Shown: in pieces, positions 24,495-36,199 of the stretch | How positions within the stretch are numbered: the stretch's first letter is position 1 | How the letters are laid out: each line of letters begins with the position of its first letter | From: Octopus bimaculoides | Lineage: Eukaryota | Direction of reading: 5' to 3' | Assembly (NCBI RefSeq): GCF_001194135.2 | Contig: NC_069006.1 | Span: 15,662,987 to 15,726,986, forward strand | DNA: 64,000 nucleotides | The notes under the pieces: model-generated | Seen by the model: only the letters and a program-made list of their open reading frames with translations | What the model was told of the DNA's origin: nothing | The model's database searches: none | Translations under genes and position numbers: made by a program

Positions 24495-24800
24495 ACCATT
24501 GATTATTTGTATAACACTCAATGCTGAAATTACGTATTAGCCCCTGTAGAGTTTTCCATATGTAGATTATCGCATATCTCTCGCCTTTACTTCAAGGAGT
24601 AAAGTTGCAGTTTTCTCAGCTTATCCCTGTAGCTCATCTGCTGCTCTGGTTCAATCCTTTTAGTATAGTGGCGTTGGACTGCCTCAAGCTCCGCTGTTAG
24701 TTTGGCACTATGTGGTGACCATAACTAGGAGCAGTAGTCCAGGTGGCTGAAAACAAATGTGCTCCACAGGGTCAGTTGAAAACATATTTGCTCATCAGTA
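24495..24800 (-). mobile_element. CR1-group LINE ORF2 fragment, second copy
   Basis: Translation LTLWSTFVFSHLDYCS*LWSPHSAKLTAELEAVQRHYTKRI...SYRDKLRKLQLYSLK*RRERYAIIYIWKTLQGLIRNFSIECYTN; homologous to the 14.2-14.9 kb region and lacks the SINE. Confidence 0.9.
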
Positions 24801-25439
24801 ATGACTTGGAGCAAAACAAAAGCATCAACATTTTTTTTTTTTCAACAGAAGAGAACCTCCACAGTTACACGAACTTCTAGAAATGATAACTAAATTTCCC
24901 TCCAATCACATACTACTGTTATTTTTTTTTAAGAGAAAAAAAAAAGGAAATAAAGAATTTTATCATAGCATTGTCCAGTCAGGAGCTAAAATTCGGCTGC
25001 GTAGCAGTAACACCGCCCCGGACTCAGCTAGAGCTGTTTCAGGAAAGGGAACTGCATGAATGTCTCATACTCGGGTGTTTGTTGCTGTATTTTTATAAAT
25101 GTGAAATTTTCGTAGCAAGACAGGTGACTTGAACATCATCACCACCACATTCATCATCGCCATCATTTAATTATTAATATCATCATCATCATCCTCATCA
25201 TCACTACCACCACTGTCAGCCTCCTCATCATCATCATCATCATCGTTATCGGTAGCAGCAGCAGCAGTTGCTGTAACTGCAAAAAAGGACAGCAGAAGCA
25301 ACAGAAACAACAAATTATGCCATAATTTTCAAAGTTATGATTAGCTTCCGCATCATCATCATTATCATCTTCCCTGTTGCCGTCGTCACCAACACCACTA
25401 TCATCATCATCATCATCACTGCCATCGTCATCATCATTA

Positions 25440-25516
25440 CGAACCTCCTCGCCGTAATAATAATAATAATAATAATAATAAGATTAATAATATTAATAAT
25501 AATAATAATAATAACA
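25440..25516. repeat. (AAT)n microsatellite within a trinucleotide-rich low-complexity tract
   Basis: Directly visible; flanked by (CAT)n and (CAG)n runs from ~25130 to 25600. Confidence 0.9.
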
Positions 25517-26007
25517 GTGAAAGCGTATTACATTGACTATCCCCTCCCGTCCTCCTCCTCCTCTTCCTATTCATTATCATCAGCATCATTGACATCCTGT
25601 TGCTCTAAACGTGTTGATGATGATTGGTGGTAAAAGTGTGGGTGCTCAAATAGTTGGCGAAGATTGGGTGTGGTGTTAGGGTACGGCCGTGACGTTGGAT
25701 GTGGAGATGAGGTAATGATTGTTCTTACAGCGCATTCGCTGTGAAATGATTGCTAAGCTGGATTCGATGTTTAATCAAAATCGTTTGATGCCACATCATC
25801 AATAATGATGATCACATGCTATGCACCATCCATCCATCCATCCCCATTCATCTTTCTCCATCCATCCATACATTCATACCGCCATGCTTCCATACTTGAA
25901 CTGCCAATGGTATCATATCGCATTCCGATCCATCGAAAAACAACGATCCACAAAACACTACTACTACTACTACTACCACGGCTACTAAGCAATAATTATA
26001 CCGGGAT

Positions 26008-26153
26008 CTGCTAGAAAGAGCAGCTATATTTCCCTCAAATCTCATCGTCTTAAAATACGTTGGACGATGTGGTCTTCAGTCTCTGGCTCATAAAAGAGAC
26101 TGGGTGGTTACGGTTAGAGTGACTTTGATCAGGATTCACAACAACAACAACAA
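26008..26153 (+). mobile_element. Interspersed repeat family D (probable SINE 3' part), degenerate
   Basis: CTGCTAGAAAGAGCAGC...CCCTCAAATC...CGTCTTAAAA...CTTTGATC...(ACA)n; related copies at 30647-30780 (-) and 39981-40160 (+). Confidence 0.5.
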
Positions 26154-26429
26154 AATGAGCTGGCTAGAATAACTATTCAAACTGATTCTCCTCCCATTCA
26201 TTAGATATTTGAAAAAAACCAAAGAGAATTTTAAAAAGCCAAAGAAAATTTTGTACATTATTCAAGACTTATAAGTGTCAATCTTCGCACATGAAATTCT
26301 TATATTTTCTAATAATTCTTCAACACTTCTCCAGCAAGCAACATTGTGTGTGTGTGTGTGTGTGTGTGTGTATACACATATATATATATATATATATACA
26401 ACTGTGCTTTCATCCTTACAAAATCGATA

Positions 26430-26830
26430 AAATGAAACATCATTCATAGTGGGGTCGATGCTATTGATTATCCCTACCCTCAAAATGACTACCCAGGTCC
26501 CTAAATTAGAAACCTTTGTTATCACCATTATTAAGGTCAACTTTGCCTTTCGGGCTTTCGGGATCGATAAAATATACGCTAGGTCAACGCAGGGGGGGGT
26601 CAATATAGTCAATCCGTCACCCTTCCATCAAGATTGCTAGGCTTTATGCCCTGAGTAGTATTTCTTCCGATTCATTAAGTTCTAAGTTCAAATTTCACCA
26701 GGGTCAACTTTCTAGTCATGCTTTCGGGATCGATAGAATAAAGTACCAATCAAGTACATGTAACCAACTAACCCCGCTCCACACACCTCCGCTCGAAATT
26801 TGCTGGCGTTGGGCCAAACTTAGAAAGTGT
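26430..26830 (+). mobile_element. Cluster of degenerate SINE family B pieces
   Basis: Several GGTCAACTTTGCCTTTCGGGCTTTCGGGATCGATAAAAT, AGTTCAAATTTCACCAGGGTCAAC and GGGGTCGATG segments. Confidence 0.7.
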
Positions 26831-27442
26831 TATCATAATTAAGGCCCACTTCACCTTTCATCTTTTCATGGCCGATCGCTAGGGANNNNNNNNNNNNNNN
26901 NNNNNNNNNNNNNNNNNNNNNNNNNNNNNNNNNNNNNNNNNNNNNNNNNNNNNNNNNNNNNNNNNNNNNNNNNNNNNNNNNNNNNNNNNNNNNNNNNNNN
27001 NNNNNNNNNNNNNNNNNNNNNNNNNNNNNNNNNNNNNNNNNNNNNNNNNNNNNNNNNNNNNNNNNNNNNNNNNNNNNNNNNNNNNNNNNNNNNNNNNNNN
27101 NNNNNNNNNNNNNNNNNNNNNNNNNNNNNNNNNNNNNNNNNNNNNNNNNNNNNNNNNNNNNNNNNNNNNNNNNNNNNNNNNNNNNNNNNNNNNNNNNNNN
27201 NNNNNNNNNNNNNNNNNNNNNNNNNNNNNNNNNNNNNNNNNNNNNNNNNNNNNNNNNNNNNNNNNNNNNNNNNNNNNNNNNNNNNNNNNNNNNNNNNNNN
27301 NNNNNNNNNNNNNNNNNNNNNNNNNNNNNNNNNNNNNNNNNNNNNNNNNNNNNNNNNNNNNNNNNNNNNNNNNNNNNNNNNNNNNNNNNNNNNNNNNNNN
27401 NNNNNNNNNNNNNNNNNNNNNNNNNNNNNNNNNNNNNNTACA

Positions 27443-27792
27443 AATTATTTACATTATTTACATTTGACGGATATTTGTCCTCATCTTGTTTGTTGTTAAC
27501 ACAACGTTTCGGCTGATATACCCTCCAGCCTTCATCAGGTGTCTTAGGGAAATTTCGAACCTGGGTTCTCATTCCTAAGGTATTTTTCGATGTTATTATT
27601 ATTACTATTATTATTATTATTATTACTATTCAGGTCACTGCTTGGAATCGAACTCGGAATCTTGGGGTTAGTAGCCCGCACTCTTAACCACTACGCCTGA
27701 TGAAGGCTGGAGGGTATATCCTCCGAAACGTTGTGTTAACAACAAACAAGATGAGGACAAATATCCGTCAAATGTAAATAATGTACATAATT
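27443..27792 (-). mobile_element. tRNA-headed non-autonomous element with Penelope-type hammerhead 3' part and 97-bp inverted arm
   Basis: Minus strand: tRNA-like head 27697-27631, (AAT)n, unique spacer, hammerhead, (TGTAAATAA)2 end. Arms 27443-27539 and 27696-27792 are inverted repeats, 94/97 identical by manual count. Confidence 0.75.
27498..27543 (-). ncRNA. Minimal type-I hammerhead ribozyme (PLE-type)
   Basis: Minus: GACAC-CTGATGA-A-GGCTG-GAGGGTATAT-CAGCC-GAAACGTT-GTGTT. Shows an intact CUGAUGA/GAAA core, 5-bp stem II, palindromic ACGU stem III, GUU cleavage triplet and stem I GACAC/GUGUU. Confidence 0.7.
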
Positions 27793-27837
27793 CCTCATCT
27801 CTTAAATACAGAACTGTCTTATAAATTGTTTACAGTA

Positions 27838-27998
27838 TTTCTTCCATCTCTGAGCGTTCTGAGTTCAAATACTGCCGATATCATCTTTGCTCTTCATCCC
27901 TTCAGGGTCGATAAAATAAAGTATGAGTCAGGCACTGGGATCGATCTACTCGTCTTGCACCCACCCCTCAAAATTGCTGACCTTGCGCCTAAATTAGA
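27838..27998 (+). mobile_element. SINE family B, 5'-truncated
   Basis: CGTTCTGAGTTCAAATACTGCCG...TCATCCCTTCAGGGTCGATAAAATAAAGTA...AAAATTGCTGACCTTGCGCC. Confidence 0.8.
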
Positions 27999-29353
27999 AT
28001 GAATTGTTATCATTATCATTTATTGTTGTCGCTGTTGTTGTTGTTGTTGTTGTGACTGCTGCTAATGTTGTTGTAATTATTTTTGTTATTGTTATTTGGT
28101 TTGTTGGTTAAGCGGAAATCAATTGTTAATTCTAATAAAGTCTACTTTTAGATTTCAATTCCATTTTAGCAACAACAAAAAAAAACAATAAATAACGAAA
28201 AGAAACAAAAACAGCATTAACAATAAAAGCAAAATTGACAAAAAGAAGACACCAAAAATGTAACAAAACAGAAATAAAACAAGCAAAGAAGCAAGCAAAA
28301 AGCGGAAACGAAGGAAAACGCCTCGTTTCTACAATTATGGTATTGTCAATGGATCTTTGATGAGTTTTTGCCTTTGATGAAGATAATAATTGCCGAATTA
28401 ACGTGTTTATAGCTCTCATATTATCATCTTCCTCCGCCTTTTCTACTCTCTTACCGACACACACTCTCTCTTTCTCTCTCGCCCTTTTCTCTCTATCTCT
28501 CTCCATATCACTTTATTTCTACTTCTCATTTCTCTCTCGATTTCAAACTGATTATCGATTCATCTCTATATCTACTATCTTTCATTTCCAGTTATCTCCC
28601 TCTTTCTCTTTCCCCTCTAGGTCTCTTCTTTCTCCTCTTTCCATATACATGTACCCTTGTCTCCTCCTATCCTCCTATCTCTCTGTGAATCACCCTCTAC
28701 ATAACTCTCTTATGCCTTCTATCTTCCTCTTCATACGGCTCTATCTCTATATCTGTCAGGTGCCTTTCCCAACCCTCACTCGCTCTTTACTTTGTTCTGG
28801 CTTTTGCATGTAAATCGCCCCTTTTTCCTGCATTTCTAATTTTCGCTCCCCGCACCTATTCTTTTTCTTTTAGATTAACCGTTGATGTTTTCATTATGGA
28901 ATGGAAGGGGCAACTTCGTTACTTTTCGGTGCCTGTGGTACACCCCTCCCTCTACGTTTTTTTTTAATGTACTGAACGCGGCAATTTTCTACATCGTGAA
29001 TTATAAAAATAGAACGGTGCGTCACGTGTGTAGATCGAACTGCGTTTAACTTCACACATTTCATTAGTTATGTTGTGTTCGTTTTAAGTTTTAAAGATTT
29101 TCATTTCCGATTCATGGCAGAGATTCAGAATCACGCTTTGTTTTCTATTGTATTAATATTAGTGTTTGTGAATGCAAACAAATCAAAGTTATATAAAGTG
29201 GTAGATGCGTTGTTGAAATTCTCATGGTGATATTCGCCCTATTTTCAGTGACTTAGAATGGATTTCTCTATCACATATACTTACACATATGACAGACAGA
29301 CAGACAGTTTCAGTAAAATTCCTTCTCTCTGTTACAACTCGATTGTGTATGTG

Positions 29354-29733
29354 CTGGCACTCCGTCGCTTACAACGTCGAGGGTTCCAGTTGATCCGATC
29401 AACGGAACAGCCTGCTCGTGAAATTAACGTGCAAGTGGCTGAGCATTCCACAGACACGTGTACCCTTAACGTGGTTCTCAGGGATATTCAGCGTGACACA
29501 GTGTGACAAGGCTGACCCTTTGAACTACAGGCACAACAGAAACAGGAAGTAAGAGTGAGAGAAAGCTGTGGTGAAAAAGTACAGTAGGGTTCGCCACCAT
29601 CCCATGCCGGAGCCTCGTGGAGCTTTAGGTGTTTTCGCTCAATAAACACTCACAACGCCCGGTCTGGGAATCGAAACCGCGATCCTATGACCGCGAGTCC
29701 GCTGCCTGAACCACTGGGCCATTGCGCCTCCAC
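29354..29733 (-). mobile_element. SINE family C, full length
   Basis: Reverse complement of 14398-14767 with two small indels; intact B box GGTTTCGATTCCC; possible 6-bp TSD TATGTG (29348-29353 and 29734-29739). Confidence 0.95.
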
Positions 29734-30266
29734 TATGTGTGAATGTATATATCTTTCATCGTTCATTTGCTTCAGTCATTCGACTGTGGTCATGCTGGGG
29801 CATATGTGTTGGTGCATATGTGTATGTGCATATTTTTATTAATATTTAGCAGAGGTAAAAGAGTGACTCAAGATTCTAGAGTTTCGTAAGTTGGCACTGC
29901 ACGAAACACTAGACCTTGAGTCACTCTCTTACCTCTGCTAAATATATATATATAAAATTTTATTTGGGATTTGTCCATTATTGTATATTTGTTTTAGCTA
30001 TTGATATGCTAATGAAATTATGTGAACATCTTCAATGAAGGGTATATGTTTTTGAGAAATTGGTGTTCGTTCAGCAATTCGATTTATACAGGAACCTGCA
30101 GAATCGATATTTTGCAGTATTGCTGGAAATAATACAGATTCGATGTATTATTTCGTCTCTTACATAATAATATTCCAGCAATAAACCTCTGGTAAAGCGT
30201 CGATGAAACAATTTCAGAATTATGTAATAAAACCGGATGCTCACACCAACCATTATTCTTAATAAT

Positions 30267-30339
<73 letters not shown>

Positions 30340-30646
30340 GAGATACATACATACATATACCTACGTGTATATATACATACATGCTTATACTTACACATAC
30401 ATACATGTAAATATAGATACATACATAAATATATATCGAGAGAGAGGGAGGGAGGGAGAGAGAGAGAGCGATAAAGCTAGTGCCATGTTCTACTATAATC
30501 GTATATATACAAATGGCCATATTCAGTATTTCTTTGTTGGTAATTACGATGATAGACTATAAATTGTTTTTGAATTACAGTTGTTTTGTACCGAAAATGG
30601 ACGAAACTTTTCTTCTATATCACTTGTGGTTGTTACTATTGTTGAA

Positions 30647-30780
30647 GTTGTTTAGTCCCAAGTCATCCTTGATCGAGCAGACCTATGATCAAAATGTACC
30701 TAAAACTGCATTATCCAGTGCAATTATCTTTTCAAAATCATAGGACGATAGGAGGAAGATTAGGTTGGTATTTCTAACAG
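30647..30780 (-). mobile_element. Family D repeat, reverse copy
   Basis: GTTGTTTAGTCCCAAGTCATCCTTGATCGAGCAGACCTATGATCAAA...TATTTCTAACAG; matches 39981-40160 and 26008-26153. Confidence 0.55.
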
Positions 30781-31529
30781 TCATTGGTTTTTAGTACCAC
30801 ATCCCCCTATTGAGCAAATCTATAACTAAAAGCATTCGAACATTTCTATTACTATATTACCTAATGTATTATTTCTCTATGAATGCGAACATTGCCGAGT
30901 GGTTAAGATGTTTGCTTCGTTACCAGGATATCCTGGGTTCGATTCCATTTAGGGAATATTAGGCTTGTACCGTTATCATAGGTTTGGATCGATTTTAATT
31001 CTTGGAAATGAAATTGATTCTAAGTAGACGGAAACTGTGTTTGTACTTTGTTTGTTGCACTTGTGTCTCGCTGATCCTAAATGAAAATTCAGTGAAGGAT
31101 AAATTTGATTGTAGAATACTCAGTCACATTTTATACTAAGTCAATAAGTCATCTAATGTCATATGTCAAAGTCTTATCCCATAATATTTGGTAAGCTCTT
31201 CGCAATACTAAGGAAGTAATTAGAGCATTCGTGGACATACCATAAGGTCACAGTTGGCTATCTATGTGGATTCTGTTCCTCAGAATATAAATTAACGTTT
31301 ATATCTAAGATATTAACTATCCAAGCGTCTACTGACAATAATTTTAGCATTAAAATTGTCGACTACATCCTTCCAGACGTATCTCATACGAAGCGAAAAT
31401 TTTTCTTTTAAGTAATTTTAGATGGTAGGGATGATTTTAAGAACCCTTGGGGGGGGGCGTGTGCGTGTACGTGCGTACGTGCATATAGGTATCCACCGAA
31501 CTAGAAATAATCTTTTATTGTTATCCTTT

Positions 31530-32128
31530 ACTTCTTTTTGTTCTCAGACTGCGGCCATGGTAGGGCACCGCCTTGAAGAATTTTCAGTCGAATGAATTGA
31601 CCCAGTGCGTAATTTTTGTTAAATTTGGTATTTATTCTATCGGCCTTTTTTGCCGAATCGCTAAGGTGCGGAGGCGTAAACACACCAACACTAGTTGTCA
31701 AGCAGTGATGGTGGGACAAAAAAATACACACACATGCACATAGATAAATACATATACGACGGACTTCTTACAGTTCCCATCTACCAAATCCACTCACAAG
31801 GCTTTGGTTACCCGAGGCTATAGTACAAGATACTTTCCGCAGGTGTCAGGCAATGGAACCATGTGGCTTGGAAGCAAGCTCCTTACCACATAGCCACGCC
31901 TGCTCCTATAATACTCTTTTACTTGTTTCAGTCATTTGACTGCGGCCATGCTGGAGCACCGCCTTTAGTCGAGCAAATCGACCCCAGGACTTATTGTTTG
32001 GATGCCTAGTACTTATTCTATCGGTCTCTTGCCGAACTGCTAAGTTACGGGGACGTAAACACACCAGCATCGGTTGTCAAGCGATGTTGGGGGGACAAAC
32101 ACAGACACACAAACATACACACACACAC
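31530..32128 (-). mobile_element. Two SINE family A copies head-to-tail (second runs into a gap)
   Basis: Copy 1 ~31530-31908 is full length. Copy 2 ~31916-32128 begins with the tail CTCTTTTACTTGTTTCAGTCATTTGACTGCGGCCATGCTGGAGCACCGCC. Confidence 0.9.
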
Positions 32129-34952
32129 NNNNNNNNNNNNNNNNNNNNNNNNNNNNNNNNNNNNNNNNNNNNNNNNNNNNNNNNNNNNNNNNNNNNNNNN
32201 NNNNNNNNNNNNNNNNNNNNNNNNNNNNNNNNNNNNNNNNNNNNNNNNNNNNNNNNNNNNNNNNNNNNNNNNNNNNNNNNNNNNNNNNNNNNNNNNNNNN
32301 NNNNNNNNNNNNNNNNNNNNNNNNNNNNNNNNNNNNNNNNNNNNNNNNNNNNNNNNNNNNNNNNNNNNNNNNNNNNNNNNNNNNNNNNNNNNNNNNNNNN
32401 NNNNNNNNNNNNNNNNNNATCGACGCCAACAAAACCAACATCCAAACCACTAACGCCGCAATGCCGAGCACCACAGCCACCAACGCCACCACCGCCGCCG
32501 CCGCCGCCATCTTCTTTACTGCAGCTAAGCAATGCAAATTCTTACACTCCATTTGTCTGTGAGAAGAGATTTTGTCTTCTGAATCAACAGTGAAACATCA
32601 TAGCAGTCAGCCGTTGGATTTACGGCCATGGGAACAAAATTCCGTGACCTCACAGAACAATATTTCATATACGATATCTATATGTGTATGTATGTATGTA
32701 TGTGCATATGTGTGTGTGTGTGTGTATATATATATATACATGTGCACACATATATACATATGCATACATATACATACAAATACATGCTTACATATACATG
32801 AATAAATACACATACATATACATACACATATATATACATGTATAAAATATATAATGCATATACATACACATACACATATATACATGTATAAAATACATAC
32901 ATGCATATACATACACACACACATATATATACATGTATAAAATACATACATGCATATATATATATATATATATATATATACACTCATACATACACAGCTT
33001 CTCCATACATTAGAGACAGATTGGTATGGTATGGTATGGTATGGAGTTGTATAGCCAGGGAAAGAGCTGGATGGCGTGAAATATTGTGGAATGACGTGGG
33101 GAAGACGGTCAGAGACGTTGTACAGAAAAGCAGAGAGAAAAGTGGCTGAGAACGCTATGATAATTGCGTGCTACAATGTCGCTAGACCTGAGAGAACGGA
33201 GATCAGCCTCAACAAATCTACTATATTTGTGAACTGTTTATATGGGGATGGATGGATCTAGATATAGATATATATATATATATATATATANNNNNNNNNN
33301 NNNNNNNNNNNNNNNNNNNNNNNNNNNNNNNNNNNNNNNNNNNNNNNNNNNNNNNNNNNNNNNNNNNNNNNNNNNNNNNNNNNNNNNNNNNNNNNNNNNN
33401 NNNNNNNNNNNNNNNNNNNNNNNNNNNNNNNNNNNNNNNNNNNNNNNNNNNNNNNNNNNNNNNNNNNNNNNNNNNNNNNNNNNNNNNNNNNNNNNNNNNN
33501 NNNNNNNNNNNNNNNNNNNNNNNNNNNNNNNNNNNNNNNNNNNNNNNNNNNNNNNNNNNNNNNNNNNNNNNNNNNNNNNNNNNNNNNNNNNNNNNNNNNN
33601 NNNNNNNNNNNNNNNNNNNNNNNNNNNNNNNNNNNNNNNNNNNNNNNNNNNNNNNNNNNNNNNNNNNNNNNNNNNNNNNNNNNNNNNNNNNNNNNNNNNN
33701 NNNNNNNNNNNNNNNNNNNNNNNNNNNNNNNNNNNNNNNNNNNNNNNNNNNNNNNNNNNNNNNNNNNNNNNNNNNNNNNNNNNNNNNNNNNNNNNNNNNN
33801 NNNNNNNNNNNNNNNNNNNNNNNNNNNNNNNNNNNNNNNNNNNNNNNNNNNNNNNNNNNNNNNNNNNNNNNNNNNNNNNNNNNNNNNNNNNNNNNNNNNN
33901 NNNNNNNNNNNNNNNNNNNNNNNNNNNNNNNNNNNNNNNNNNNNNNNNNNNNNNNNNNNNNNNNNNNNNNNNNNNNNNNNNNNNNNNNNNNNNNNNNNNN
34001 NNNNNNNNNNNNNNNNNNNNNNNNNNNNNNNNNNNNNNNNNNNNNNNNNNNNNNNNNNNNNNNNNNNNNNNNNNNNNNNNNNNNNNNNNNNNNNNNNNNN
34101 NNNNNNNNNNNNNNNNNNNNNNNNNNNNNNNNNNNNNNNNNNNNNNNNNNNNNNNNNNNNNNNNNNNNNNNNNNNNNNNNNNNNNNNNNNNNNNNNNNNN
34201 NNNNNNNNNNNNNNNNNNNNNNNNNNNNNNNNNNNNNNNNNNNNNNNNTGGTCTTTGGTCGGTAAGTGTTATTTCCTATTTGCTTCTATCTAGAAATCAA
34301 AGGAAATGACTACTCTTCCCTTCAGACTTTGCTTTTCTGACCTGGACATCAATATTTTGAAACTGATCTATTTTCCATTCCATTTCAGATAGATTCAGCT
34401 CTGAATTGCTGAAGCAGAAATATCGTTATGGCAAATATTCTGCTCAGTACTACAGATCTGCTTGTCAGTCGCTTGACCTTAACCACTTGAAAATGAGCAG
34501 GAGTGCTGGGGGAGTATCATAACGATGTGTTGAGAGGGAGTCTTTGGGGTTTAAATAAATGTAACAAAAGCAAAGTTTGAGGGAAATAATTGCCATTTTT
34601 CATAATTTCTAGGAGTAAGCAAATCAGAAATAATTGCTACGCAAGGACTAAAATCGTGTTACACAGTGTAATTGTAGGTTTATGTTCATCTGAGCAACTC
34701 CTTCCAAATAATTTAGCATTCATGAAACTGGGAATCGCGGGCCATTTTATTCTAACTTTGCCAGAATCTTTCTAAGACAGAAATCCTAATTATTAATTGT
34801 GTTGTTAACTCAGACTACGGTACTAACCAAGACGACAAATATTCACAGCAGTGAATCTGCCTAGTTCTTCACCTCGCCGTTACAGTAAAAGCCTCTTCAA
34901 GTGATCTTGTGACACACGTTAAACAGTTTTGTCACTCAATTCGTCTTTCGAT

Positions 34953-34968
34953 GGCATAGGTGGCGCTA
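34953..34968 (+). promoter_or_regulatory. Weaker CTCF-like core
   Basis: GGCATAGGTGGCGCTA: the 3' 12 nt match YAGRKGGCGCTA, the 5' part does not. Confidence 0.2.
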
Positions 34969-35462
34969 CACGGATGTGGAAAGATTAATTGAAGCGCTGC
35001 ACTTAGAGGCGTGAGTGTGAGTATATGCGCGCGTGATTGTCTGAATGTAAGCGTGTGTATGAAAATAAGTGCGAGTGCACTAATACTCACCCACATAGCA
35101 CAAGCTCATTCCGCCCCGCGCACGTGCACACACACACAGCAACGTACATACAAAGCTCACACATACAAATGTGTGTGTGTGTGTGTGCGTATAGTGAATT
35201 AAAAACCAAGACATGGAAAACATCTATGCATACAATACAGTCGAACAATACACATTTACACTCATGTGCAAAAATTTGCACATTCACACACACACACACC
35301 TTAATATATGTAAACGCGTATCAACAAGCATACACATACACATATACCAATGTATGAACACATACCCATATCTATCTATCTATCTATTCCTCTCTTATAC
35401 TTTGACTCGCTCTCTCTCGTTCCTTATGAACTCATATGCGTGTTATCAAGCAGAATATACCA

Positions 35463-35498
<36 letters not shown>

Positions 35499-35727
35499 CA
35501 GCACATTTTGTGAATATGTATATGTACGTTATATGTATATGCGTACAAACATGCGGAAATGATGTATGCATGTATCCACGTGAATATTGAGCAAAAATAA
35601 ACACGTATATATGCACACATACATATATACATAAAAACATGTTTGATGTGAACACGTATTAACATATACAAATTCATTTACAAATACGCAAACTGGTCTC
35701 TCCCTCTTACACACACACACGTGTGCG

Positions 35728-35762
<35 letters not shown>

Positions 35763-36158
35763 AGGCATATCTGCATGTCTATACGCCAAATTTATTTCGT
35801 GGTCACCAATAAATATATTACTCCTTTCAATGTTTTGCGACTTTTCTGGAAATCTTGACAAGGACAAATCATGCAAGAATGGTCGGGCAAATCCACTTAG
35901 CAGACAAAATACGACGTTGATTGAGGTGGCACCAAGCTATCAAATTACAGATAAAATGCACACTTCAAACTGTACAGGCCTGATAACGGTTTTTCTTTAC
36001 AGTGTTATGCTAGCGGCTTTACAACGCACACATAAATATATATGTCAATATATCCGTACATGCACATACACTCTCCCATCACACATACAAGCATATATAC
36101 ATACATATATATATATATATATATGTACACTCACTGATATATATATGTACACTCACAG

Positions 36159-36199
<41 letters not shown>

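Noticed and set aside
26820-27572. Track ORF beginning MRTQVRNFPKTPDEGW
   Set aside because: It is a chance reading through the hammerhead region into a gap; the conserved features are RNA-structural.
28960-29050. TATAAAA plus TGCGTCACGTG as a core promoter
   Set aside because: Short motifs are common in AT-rich DNA and there is no downstream exon evidence.
33040-33210. Possible RTE C-terminal remnant
   Set aside because: Similarity (ETLYRKAE...ARPER) is too weak to support without a search.
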